A stretch of 64,000 nucleotides of DNA from Camelus ferus (Eukaryota), in the NCBI RefSeq assembly GCF_009834535.1, contig NC_045707.1:46192001-46256000 (forward strand), in the 5' to 3' direction. A model generated the notes under the pieces. That model saw only the letters and a program-made list of their open reading frames with translations, made no database searches and had not been told where the DNA came from. The stretch's first letter is position 1. The number at the start of each line of letters is the position of its first letter. This document shows, piece after piece, positions 38,177 to 48,860 of this stretch. A program made the translations under genes and the position numbers.

Positions 38177-38979
38177 GAATCAAAGCAAAATGATGGTAAG
38201 AACCTAACCGGAAACGATTCTGATTTCAAAGGTAGAAAAGAAATTGAGCGCATTCTTCGGGGAACTGATTACTGCTGTAAATTGTGTGACCATGTGGGAG
38301 GGACAATTAAAGGCAATTATAACTTGATTGAATCCTCCCTGAATTCAAGCTTGCCGGGTGCTTTCCAAGCTGAGGGTTTCGTTTCCCATCAGTGTTTCTT
38401 ATTGATGGGTTTAGAGATATTGGTTTCAGGACAAGGTTGTGGAATCTCTGTAGGATCTCTCCTCTTCTCTTTCCCAAGAGCAAGATATAGGCTGTTACTA
38501 TAAGTGAAAGTGTGTGATTATTAGCATTCTTTTGCTAAAGGTTGTCATATTTGACCAAGAAATAGAGATCGGAGGACTTTGAATCTTCCTCACCTGGTTG
38601 TATATGTGTGGGGCTGCACTTACTTTTCTATCAGATTTCTCCTCATCCTGATACTGAAAGTGAAAGAGCCCCAAGGGGCAGGTAGGCAGACATTGGACAG
38701 CCTCACGGCGTCAGTTACTGTGTAAACCAGTGGACCATAGTGACACGCCTTTTGTCTTTAGACTTAGTCACTTGCCTGTGGCCTCACTGTGGTGAATCAG
38801 AAACTTCACAGATACTCATGATAAACATAATCATAAGTAATACTGGTATAAGAAGAAAGAATTAACTCACCAGGTTTCTGGTGTCCCAGCTGTTATTAGT
38901 CAGCTGTTAGATCTTTGGGAAAATTACTTAATAGCTTGGGCCTTGGCTTCCTAATCTTAAAATGAGTTTGACATGTATT

Positions 38980-39135
38980 GGTGTTTCCCAAACTTCCCTG
39001 TTTATGAGAATAACCTGGATCACTGGTTTAACATCCAGAACCTCTACTAGAGATTCTGACTCACTAGGTCTGGGGTGGGGCCAGGAGAGCAGGGGCCCCA
39101 GGTGATCTTACACTCAGATGTTCAGGAAGTACGAA
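38980..39135. mobile_element. hAT-Charlie MITE (MER5-like)
   Basis: GTGTTTCCCAAACTT...AGAGATTCTGACTCACTAGGTCTGGGGTGGGGCCAGGA...CCCCAGGTGATCTT. Confidence 0.65.
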
Positions 39136-42100
39136 CTAGCTCAGTGCTTGTCACACTTTATTTGGACTTAAGAATGGGGTGGGGTTGGGAGGGAGAAAGG
39201 CGGCTGTGCAATCAGGTGATTGCAGCCACAACTTGAGAAACACCGGTCTGCACTTTGCCAGCTTCCTTCCAGCCCCAAAGATGGCTCTTCCACATAAGGC
39301 CCCTCACCCCACCTCCGATGAGCCAGAAGCTGGAAGGGCCTGGTGGGTTCTGCTTACAGCCAGTACTGGCTCCAAACTCCATATCAGTGTTTGAAAAATT
39401 ACTTGTTTTAAAGTCTTGGAGTATGCATTTGTGAACACCTTTGTTCATAGAATTTTCTGCTCTATGGTGTGTGATTTCCTTTGGATAAGACAGAGTGTTT
39501 GCCAGGTGCAGTTACCTCGGGTGTGCATGAGAAATACCAGCAACATAGAAATGACCTGGAGAGCTTGTTTAAAAACATAGGGTTGGACTCCCAGACCCCA
39601 AGACTCACTAAGTCCAAAGCTTGAGCATTGAGTTTCTTTTTTTTTTTTAATTTGAAGGGTTTTGAGGGTGTGTTTTTTCTTTTTCTTTTTTTTCTTTTTC
39701 AGGTTTTGACAAAGGTTGTGGGGCTTTTCTAATCTCACCCAAATTTCCAGAGTAAAACTAAGTCTAAGTGTCAGCACACATGTTTAGCACAAGGGAGAGG
39801 ATTGAATCGAGCCACTTAGATTGTGGAAGAGTCTGGAACACATTGTGGAAGAGTTTAGAACACATACAGCATGCATTTTAAGGGGAAAAGCATCATCTTC
39901 TGAGACTCTAGGACAAGGGTTCCTAAAGTGTGACGATGACTTCTGGAGCAAGCACACCGTAATGTGTATCTGCCTCGTAGAGTTTCTGTCTGTGCCTTAT
40001 TTGTTCTGTTTTCTGTTTAATAAAGATTAAATAACATCACTAAATGAAGTGTTTGGTAGATCATCCATGTAAGCTAAAATTTGATTCACTCTCTTTTCTT
40101 TTTAACTTGCTGTACTTAGAAAGTGCAAGTTCATAGGAAAAAAAGAAAAAGTCCCATAGTACTAAAGGGCACATGATGAAAAGTGGTCTCTTTCCAACTT
40201 CTTATCCTTATCCCCAGAGATAAGCTCTGTTAAGTTTGTTACTTATCTTTACAGAAACGTCCTCTGCACAAAACCTATATATCTATTATTTATTTAACCA
40301 GTCTCCTATTGATATTCAATTTAAGTTCCTTCTAGGGTGATTTTTTTCCCTTATGTTTGTTTTACTGTGTAATACTGTACTGAATATTTTTGTACATCTT
40401 TTTTTGGTAACCATATATGGATAAACTTCTAAAAGCAAAATTGTTGGGTTTGACCTATGTGTCTTTCAAATAAAGGTAGATGGGAACAAAACGTCCTTCC
40501 AACGGGTTGCACCAGTTTACTGGGGAAATCTTTTACTTTCTGAAGGCTTTCCTGCCCTAGTTGATTCTGATGTAGCAGGTAGGCAGCTAACTCTCCTGGT
40601 TTACTCAAAACCTAAGTCTACACAGCCTCTGGTTAAAGGAATTAAATGAGATATTTCATGACAAAGAGAAGAATTTCAAAGGCATCTAAGGTGTTCAGAG
40701 TGAGAAGAGAATAAAGAATGGCTTGGCAAAGCAAGTAGCTAACCCTGAATTTGCAGAGAGGGAGCTTTGGGTCATAGGGTCACAACCTGAATGGGGTTCA
40801 GAAGAGAAAGTAAGGGAACCCCTGGAGCAGAACATGAATAGTAAGGAAATCACGCTCTAGGTGACGGTAGACTGCTTCCTGGATGTGACCTGCTCCTTTA
40901 ATAGATGCCGTGGGACAGTTTGGGGTGAAGCATTATGGTCATGAATTGCTCTTCATTTGAAACAACGCCTCTAATGTGAGTCATGGGGTAGTAGTTGTGT
41001 GTGTGTATGTATGGTGTGTATTTCAGAGACTGTTTAAATTGAAAGAACTCCGTCTCAGTAGTCTCCCACTCAGCTCTGTGTGTGTCTGCTTAATGCAGGT
41101 CAGGAGCCAGGTGCCATGGGAACGTGCTGGTTTAGTGTAGATGCTGACTCCGTCTGCCTTCATCTTGCCTCCTAGTGGCAGCAAGATAGGAGAGGATCTT
41201 AAGGACAAACAGAAAATTTGTTGAGTCTGTTCAAGTCTGGGAAGAATTGGAGGGTATCTTGGAGGGCGTCTGTATGTCAGTGAGGAGGCAAAATCTTAGA
41301 GATTGGCTAACGAGGGATGGCCAGGTGTATTGTGTGAGTTTAAAGGGAGCCATCCAGAGTCCAGAAAATCTGAGAGCAGCAAGAACCTCAGGTTAGGGCT
41401 GGACATGATGGGGAGAGGATACGTGTTCTTCCTCAGCACGTAGGGACCAAAGTCCCCTCTGAAATTGGTCATGCCTGAGTGACACTGGGAGTTAAAGACG
41501 TCCCGGGACCATAGCTCTGAATTGAATCTTTCTCTACATTTAATCAGAATAATGAAATGAGCTGAACAACTAGAGAGCATTGAGACAATTGTAAAGTAAA
41601 TTTATATTGGAAATGTGTGAGTCTTTTGGAGCTATTGATGACTGAGACAGAACATGAAGTAAATGTGTTGAACTAGGCTGTGAATGAAAGAATGGGAATA
41701 TATGAAGCTTACCAGGGAAGGATCAGGAAGCAAGGAAGAGGTGACTGTGAATGTGGTATAGCAATTAAGTTGGAGACGAAATAAAATATCCAAATGACCA
41801 AGGTGTTTTCAGACTAGGAAGGCAGCCATATAAATGGGTAAGACCAACTAGAGCCCAAATCTGAAGGCAAAACCAGGAGAAAAATGAACACGCTTGGCTA
41901 CATGGAGTAGAATTCTATATGCCTTAGTGGTCAGTCTGATTTTTAAATCTTACTGTAGCTTTTAAATGCCCATTGTACGAGTTATATAAATAGAAAAAGC
42001 AAAATGAGCCTAGCAAAGAAAGTGTGTATTTCTTATATACAGAGTGTACTGTTGATTTAATGTTGGGTTAAGGCACGATCCATTTGCTAGAATTTGTTAT

Positions 42101-42789
42101 TTAACATTTAATTTAAGACCTTTACTTGAACGGAGCCAGAGGATAGAGGCTATATAAATATTAACTTCGGTAGACACTCTTCCTCTTAAATATTACAGTA
42201 TAGTTTTACTCAAGGAGTAAAGTTCTGTTACTTTGATAAGGCTTTATTAGACTGACAAAAATCTTCTTCTTTTCCACACTCCCATTGCCCTTTTGCCCCC
42301 CATCACACCCTACAACTCAGAATTAAATCAGTACCACATAAACCACAGAACCATTTTGAAATCTTTACGTCAGGGGTAAGAAACCTCCGGTCCCCCGGAC
42401 CCATTCTGGCTGGAGTATTCATATGACTTGCAGCAGTTCAGGTATTCGAGGATGTCTTCTTTACAAGGAAGGTCAAAAAGGATTCAAAGACTTGTAATTT
42501 GTTACAGAGGTTAGGACTCAAATTATTACAGTACAAAACAGTATATGATTGCAAAATGGCAAGAGAAAAGTATTAAATATTTGTGTCTGGCCTGACATTG
42601 GGACCTTTACTGATCTCATTAAATTCAAGGAGAAATTTCCTGTGATGAAAATAGGGTCTCAAAAGGGTAATTTACTTGCTGGAGGTCAGACAGCTACTGA
42701 GTGGCAGAGTGGGGAGTAATCAGGTCTGCCTGACCCTGAAGGCACGCACATCCTCTGAGTGGGCTGACTCTAGGCACTGTCACCTTTGG

Positions 42790-43655
42790 GCTCCAGTTCT
42801 GAGGGTCCCTCTGGACCTCTGTGCTTACACGTCCCACAGGAACCTCAAATTTATTATGTCTGATGCTGAACCCTCCAATGCCCCAAATCTCTTCCTCCTC
42901 CTGTCTCTCCTCAGTTGCCTGTCTCGTGAATGATCTTATCGGCCTCCAGAAGGAATGAAACAGAATTGGGGTTTTCCGTGACTCACCCTCATCCACTTAG
43001 TATCGTGTCCTTTTGATGCTGCCTCCTTCGTACATCTCAGACGCTGTCCTCTCCTTCCCCATTGCCACCCCGAACCCTTCCCCAGCCTCTTGCCTTAGAT
43101 TCCTTTTGCAGGCTTCATTCTGCCCCACTGAAATGCATTTTTCTCTCCTGCTTTCTGAGAAGGACTTGCCTGAAGCAGAGATCTGATCACCCTAATCTCT
43201 TTAGCAGCTGCCACCTGTCCTCTCAGATGAAATCTAAACACCTTAGCATGATTTAACTGGAACCCTCCAACTCTGATTCCCCGTCTGCTGAGCCAGTACC
43301 TCCGCTCCCTTCTCCGCTGTGCGTGGTAGCCATCAAGTCTTCACCTGCTGTCTGGATAAATGATTCAGAACTCATTACCTGAAGCACCTTCTGACTGACA
43401 CGTCTTTTTCTTCCTGCCCTTTACCAGCCTTATCTCCTCCCCTGCCCTCCTCCTCCGGCCTCCCCCTTGGCTGCCCCTCCCAAGTGCTGTCTTGTAGCAC
43501 CATGTACACCTTCCATGACACTCATCAGTGGCTGTTACTGTCATTGTTTCCCTTGCCACTTGCTGGGGTGAGGTGGGGGGGTGCTTTGCAACTCCAGCAC
43601 GCCTCACCGCGCCTGACACTCGAAGGCACCAGTGAGCATCTGCCTCATGAATGAA
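42790..43655 (+). mobile_element. L2 3' region
   Basis: CCCACAGGAACCTCAAATTT...ATCTGATCAC...AAATCTAAACACCTTAGCATG..., ending in a TGAATGAA-like tail. Confidence 0.55.
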
Positions 43656-43849
43656 GCAACAGAGGAAAGAGTCTCTGGACTCCACTCACTGCCCTTCCCA
43701 ACACACTCCAACCACTTGCTGCTCACCCTGCCTTCGTTCACGTTGCGGTTTCCTGTGCTCACTTCACTGCTTTGCCTCAGCTCTGCCCAACCAGAGTTAG
43801 TTGAATTGAGCCTGCTTCCTAGTCGGTAAGCTGGGAGTGCCAGACTGAA

Positions 43850-44236
43850 CTTCCGCTAAGGGCCTCGCGCGCCCCCAGAGCTGTGTGATAATGGGACTCG
43901 GTGCTGCTCTGCCTTTCTACCAAAACACAGAATGTGTCTCTTTTCTTCTGGCGGCACAAAGAGCCCATTTGTCAGCAGTGAGTTGAATACAGTGTATTAT
44001 TGCCGGCAGTAAGTGGTATTGGTTACAGTGCAGGGCGTGGAGTTTCTATGAGACAAACACGGGAATACCCAGAGATACGTGAGCAGTATCTCCAAAGGCC
44101 AGGGTGAGTCATATGCAAGCAGCTGTTAGAGATCCAGCCTGCCTGCCTCACAGACTCAAGTGCCTCTCGGGCAGGAGGGTGAGCTTGTGGCTGACCGCGG
44201 TCGGCTCCCTGATGGGTGGTGTGGCGTTTGGTAAGT
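43850..44236 (+). promoter_or_regulatory. Candidate internal promoter and non-coding alternative first exon of TMCC3
   Basis: No recognisable repeat and locally retained CpGs (CTCGCGCGCC, GACCGCGGTCGG). AP-1 site TGAGTCA at 44105-44111 and a consensus donor TTG|GTAAGT at 44230/44231. Confidence 0.4.
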
Positions 44237-44924
44237 CTCTTCACCACTCTCCCGTTTCAACCAGACTGTGTAAATAGATACTGCAGAGCTTTGTGTATTT
44301 GTAGCCTGTGAGATCCTTGAAAGACACACAAGTTATTTGGGGTCTTTTATTAATAGTTGTCTTTATGCTTGCCCCAATCCTTCCCTCATGTGTCAGTGGG
44401 TCTCCAGATGCGTAAACTGCCGCAACTCCTAATGAACCACCAAACGCCTTATCGTTTGGTCCTTTAAAAATGTAAATCCAACCTGTGTAATTTAAGAGAT
44501 GAACAAGTAACCTAGGTCTGAGTGTGCCGGCTACTGGCTGGAAAAGAGCCAGCCCTCCTCCTACCTCCCTGTCAGTTTGAAAGTAATCCTGGGTCTAACA
44601 GGACTGCGTTGGAATCTAACTTTGTACTTTAACATCTGGTCTTTTGACAAGTGGCCATTCTTCCCTGGAAACTTCAGACTCCATAAAACTGACTGCGTGA
44701 CACTGTGTGGTGTGGCAGTGGCCTCAGAGCTTCAGGTTGGGAGAGGAAGCAGCAGAGGGGAAGCATCGTGTGTGCATCTGAAGAGTCAGGGCACCACCGC
44801 CGTCCTCGGCCACCCCTGGGTGCTGGATGCAAGGCTCCCCGTGGGGTAGGGAAGGGTCCACTTCACCTGAACTCTGCCTGTGGGAGCTGCTTGATCTCGT
44901 GGGAAATCTGTATTCAGCTTGCAG

Positions 44925-44925
<1 letters not shown>

Positions 44926-44963
<38 letters not shown>
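44926..44963. repeat. (TG)19 microsatellite
   Basis: Read directly; alternating purine-pyrimidine sequence continues as CACGCGTGCAT. Confidence 0.97.
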
Positions 44964-44964
<1 letters not shown>

Positions 44965-45090
44965 ACGCGTGCATCTGTGTCGTAGAAGACATAAGTATAT
45001 TGCTACAAAATAAATCTAATTGTTCTTTCATTTCTTGGACTTTAAAATATTCAAACGTATTTATTCAGGTCATTTTTTTCCCCCTATTAG

Positions 45091-45140
45091 TAGTGTGTCA
45101 AAGGTTTGTCTAGTGTGTCAAAGGTTTGTCTAGTATGTCA
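45091..45140. repeat. 20-bp tandem repeat, 2.5 copies (TAGTGTGTCAAAGGTTTGTC)
   Basis: Two perfect copies plus TAGTATGTCA. Confidence 0.9.
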
Positions 45141-46839
45141 CGGGGGCGGGCTTACTGTTGATAACACTCCCCAGCCTTTAGAAACTGAAACAGCTCAGTG
45201 GGATGAGGTGTATGGAAAGTTGGAGGAGTTTGCCGCTTATCATTTGATCCTTTGCATTTTGGAGATTAAATTTCTGTTGTAAAAACAAGTTGGAGAACTA
45301 GTTGTTCTAACAGCAGAGCCTCTTAATAGCCTCCCAGCATTGTGAGTGCAATGGTGACAGAGACTGACGTGCATGGTTTCAGGTGGAATGAAAGGAGAAA
45401 GTTGCCACCCAGACTGCTGGAGCACAGCTTGTGGAACAACTCTAGTGCCTTCTGTGCGAGGCTGTCCAAAGGGTTGTCAGAATGGGTCTCTGTTTGCCAG
45501 CCACTGGTTGACAGTCTCTTCTGGAGAATTCCTCTCAATGCTGGCCAGTCCCCTCCACTCCCAGGCTCTTCCTCCTCTTGGTCCCCCTCCTCCAGGGACT
45601 GAGGAGCTGGTGACCTAAAGTGCAAACCTGGGTTGTTTGCAGTTTGCCTGGAGGTTACCTTGTATCCTGAGGGAAGTTTGGGGCTCTTTCCTGACTACAT
45701 CCTTCACATTCCTGGGTGTGAACCTGTGAGGATAATGACCCAGGGAGACTAAGTCAGGACCTATTGCAGAGGGTGGCCTGAGGACCTTTGAATTCAGGTC
45801 ACAATTAAGTAGCGCCTCAAATTTAGATTTTAACATTCTTGCCCAGATTTAAGTGTAGATCTGGAGACAGAGCAATAAGAATTAAGAGAGAATGTTATTC
45901 ATCACATAACCTACATACACGGACATTCAGCTTACTTAACTGTGTAATTTGTTCCATAGTTTTTACTTTTAAATGATTGAAAATTGGAAAATATTGCACA
46001 TAGAAGATATTCCCTTTTTTTAAAAACATGAAACACCTCTGAACCTAAAACCCAGGATAAGAGATCGAACTTGACCCTCTGACCTTCTCTCTGATTCATA
46101 TCCCTCTATCACAGGCCTCCTCACCCAGGAGGTGATGCTGTCCCAAAGTTTGTGTTAAACAGTCCCTTGCCTTTTCTCTACCATTTTACTACCTTTGTGT
46201 TTGTACCTAAACAAGAGTTTGCCAGTGTTTGACCTTTGTAAAGTGGAATTCATACTGCACGTGTTCTTCTTTGACTTGCTTCTTTTCAGATTTATCCGTC
46301 TTAATTCTTGAAGCCATGGTTCATTTCATTCCATTGCACAGATGCACACAGTGTGTATGTATCCATTCTGTTGCAGACCTTTGGGTTACTTCTGGGTGGT
46401 TGTTACTGTTGTGGTTGTTTTCCATTGTGGACGTTCCTGCCGTGAATATTTTTCATGCACTTTCCTAACGTGGGTACTTGTTTCTAGGTGTGGAATTTCT
46501 GGGTCTCTAGAGCATGTTTATGTTCAAATGCCAAGTAGTTTTTAATGTTTTAAGAATTCAGTAAATGTAAACATTTCAAATACATCTTGGAATCTGATTC
46601 CATTACTTTGTTTAAAAATAAATCTGCCAGTTCTGTTTTGGGTCCTGAGCAGCTTCAACCTTACGGAGATAGCTTTCATGCTTTTTGTTGTTGTTACAGA
46701 AACCATTTTTGAAGGGCGAACCAACCTTTAGTATCTGAGAGTCACAAATAAAGCAATTTAGTCCTTAGAGGTCACATGAGCTGTATACAAACAGTCACTG
46801 GATGAACTCTGTGACTCTCATCAGCTGCCATGACAGGTA

Positions 46840-46986
46840 CAGGCAGTCCTCCAAATCCGCGGGTGTAAAACTCCCAGATACCGAGGGCCAACTGTATTCG
46901 TCCATGCGGGACTTGAGCATCCGTGAAGTTTGGTATCCACGGGGGCCCCTGGAACCATCCCCCACGATACTGAGGGATGCCTTCTG
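46840..46986 (-). mobile_element. Short Tigger-derived MITE (MER2-like)
   Basis: GATACCGAGGGCCAACTGTA...GGGACTTGAGCATCCGTG...TTGGTATCCACGGGGG...GATACTGAGGGATG. Confidence 0.7.
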
Positions 46987-48429
46987 TTTATGCCTGTCAT
47001 GCACTGCTGCTCTCTGCACCAGCGGGGTTCTCAGTGAAGACCCTGTATGGGAAACACCATTGCCCACACAGTATAGATTCGGAGTTGTGAGCATTAGGAA
47101 GTGAGCTCTCAGTACAAGTGTTTCAGGAGCATCAGTCTTTTGAAGAGTTGATATTTTGTGAAAAGTTAGAGAAAAATGATGTAACATTAGTATACGTTAT
47201 TTTTTTTATGGGACTTTCATTTGGAAACTTATATTTGTGACTTGACAATTCCAGCCAGAAACGATTTTTTCTTTAGAACTACCTTTTAAGACATGATTTT
47301 ACGTCCTTGGGAAATTGGATTTAAAAGCTCTCTTTTCAGTAAGGAGTCTTTCTAAAAGTAACTGCATAAACTAAATCAAATTAGTTTGAGTTATAAAAAT
47401 GCTTACTATACTAAATACTCAGGCCAGTTATTTTGTCATTAGTAAAATCATAGGTTCTAAGAGGAAACAGGGAAGTGTCTTGAGTGTGCTAATGACATTT
47501 TGTAGGTATTCACATATTACTCTCCCCTTTGAGGATGCAGGCACTGGGGACTTTTTTTTTTTTTTTAATGAAAATAACAAGCTAAAAACTCCCAAACTGT
47601 ACCAAGAAAAGAATATAAAACAAAAAGTATTTTGTCCCTAGATTCCCAGTCCTATTCCCCAGAGGTAATTACCATCCACAGCTCCTAAGATATCCTTCTA
47701 GACGTTTACATACAAGTAGAGTACACTTGGATCACATTTATATAAACCGCACCCCTGCCCCTGTTTTAAAGCACAAATGAGTGTGTACTATAGATACAGC
47801 TCTGTCTTTCTCCGTTCACAACTTAGCTTGGACAGCTTCCGATAGTAGCCCATTCAGATCCATCTCTTTTAGTGGCTGCGCTGTTTTCCCTTGAACTAGA
47901 GTTTTTTAAGTGGTTCTCCATTAATGGATGCCTATGCTGATTCCAGAATTAGCAGTAGATATTGGTGGTGGTGGTGGAGATGGTGGTGATACAAGGCAGA
48001 CTCTCCTGTTAGAAAAAGCAAAGAAGAGTAGGATAAAAGGAGGCAAAGACTTGTAAATACTTTGGTCTCCATTTTGTTCTTTAAATCTCTTGAAATTTTT
48101 TTAACCTGTTTTAATGTGTATGGAGAACTGTATGAAAACTTCAAAGGACCAGGGTTTTTCCCCCTTGACTTTCCTTCCTTGTGATGGTCATGGTGGTGGA
48201 AGAGATTATGACATTTAAGGATCTGAGGAAAAGGAATTCATTTACAATGTATTGGCTAAAGAATGGTGAGCTTCCAGTTCTCTTTCGCCTACTTCTAGTG
48301 CAAGCAGCACTCTGTTGTAATGGGATTATTTGTTATAACCTGATTAGCAGACCTTTCTTAAGATAATTCATCTACTCAGACATGTAGGAGTTTCTTTGGA
48401 CAGAGCTTATCATTGCATTAATATTTCTC

Positions 48430-48860
48430 TAGCGGCATCAGTTGCCTATACGAACACCATTTTCCTTCCCTTTCTACCTGGCTGGCAGAGCCAGCACCCA
48501 CAGTAGAGGCTGAAAATGTTAGCTATTGCTTGCACAGCCTCCCTTGCAGCTAGCACATGGACATATGACTCAGTCCTGGCCAAAGGGACACAAGGAGAAA
48601 TCTGAGAAGTTTCTGGAAAATGTTTTCTTCTCTAATAAAATAAGAAAGAAGAGCAATATACTCACCTATAGTCTAGAAATTGTCTACATTTGGTCTTGCA
48701 ACTTCAATATCTCTCTTGCCTCCACGAGGGAAGAAGCAAATGTCCTGACGGTAGTGTAATCAAGAAATGGAAAGAGCTTGGGTCACCAAATTAGCTTTGA
48801 CCCCTCATCTTAGTTTGTGAGATCATAAGTGACCTTATTATTGGACTTACTTTATTCAGT
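48430..48860 (+). mobile_element. Ancient ERVL/MaLR LTR (LTR33- or MLT1-like)
   Basis: CAGCCTCCCTTGCAGCTAGCACATGGACATATGACTCAGTCCTGGCCAA motif. Confidence 0.5.

Noticed and set aside
38081..38503. 140-aa ORF with a poly-Phe, apparently transmembrane stretch
   Set aside because: The hydrophobic run is just the translated T-rich tract, and the ORF has a non-ATG start.
45091..45140. CRISPR-like direct repeats
   Set aside because: Head-to-tail copies with no spacers, no cas genes and a eukaryotic context.
46795..47187. Overlapping 130-aa and 100-aa ORFs on opposite strands
   Set aside because: They overlap a Tigger MITE and show no recognisable protein similarity or exon structure.
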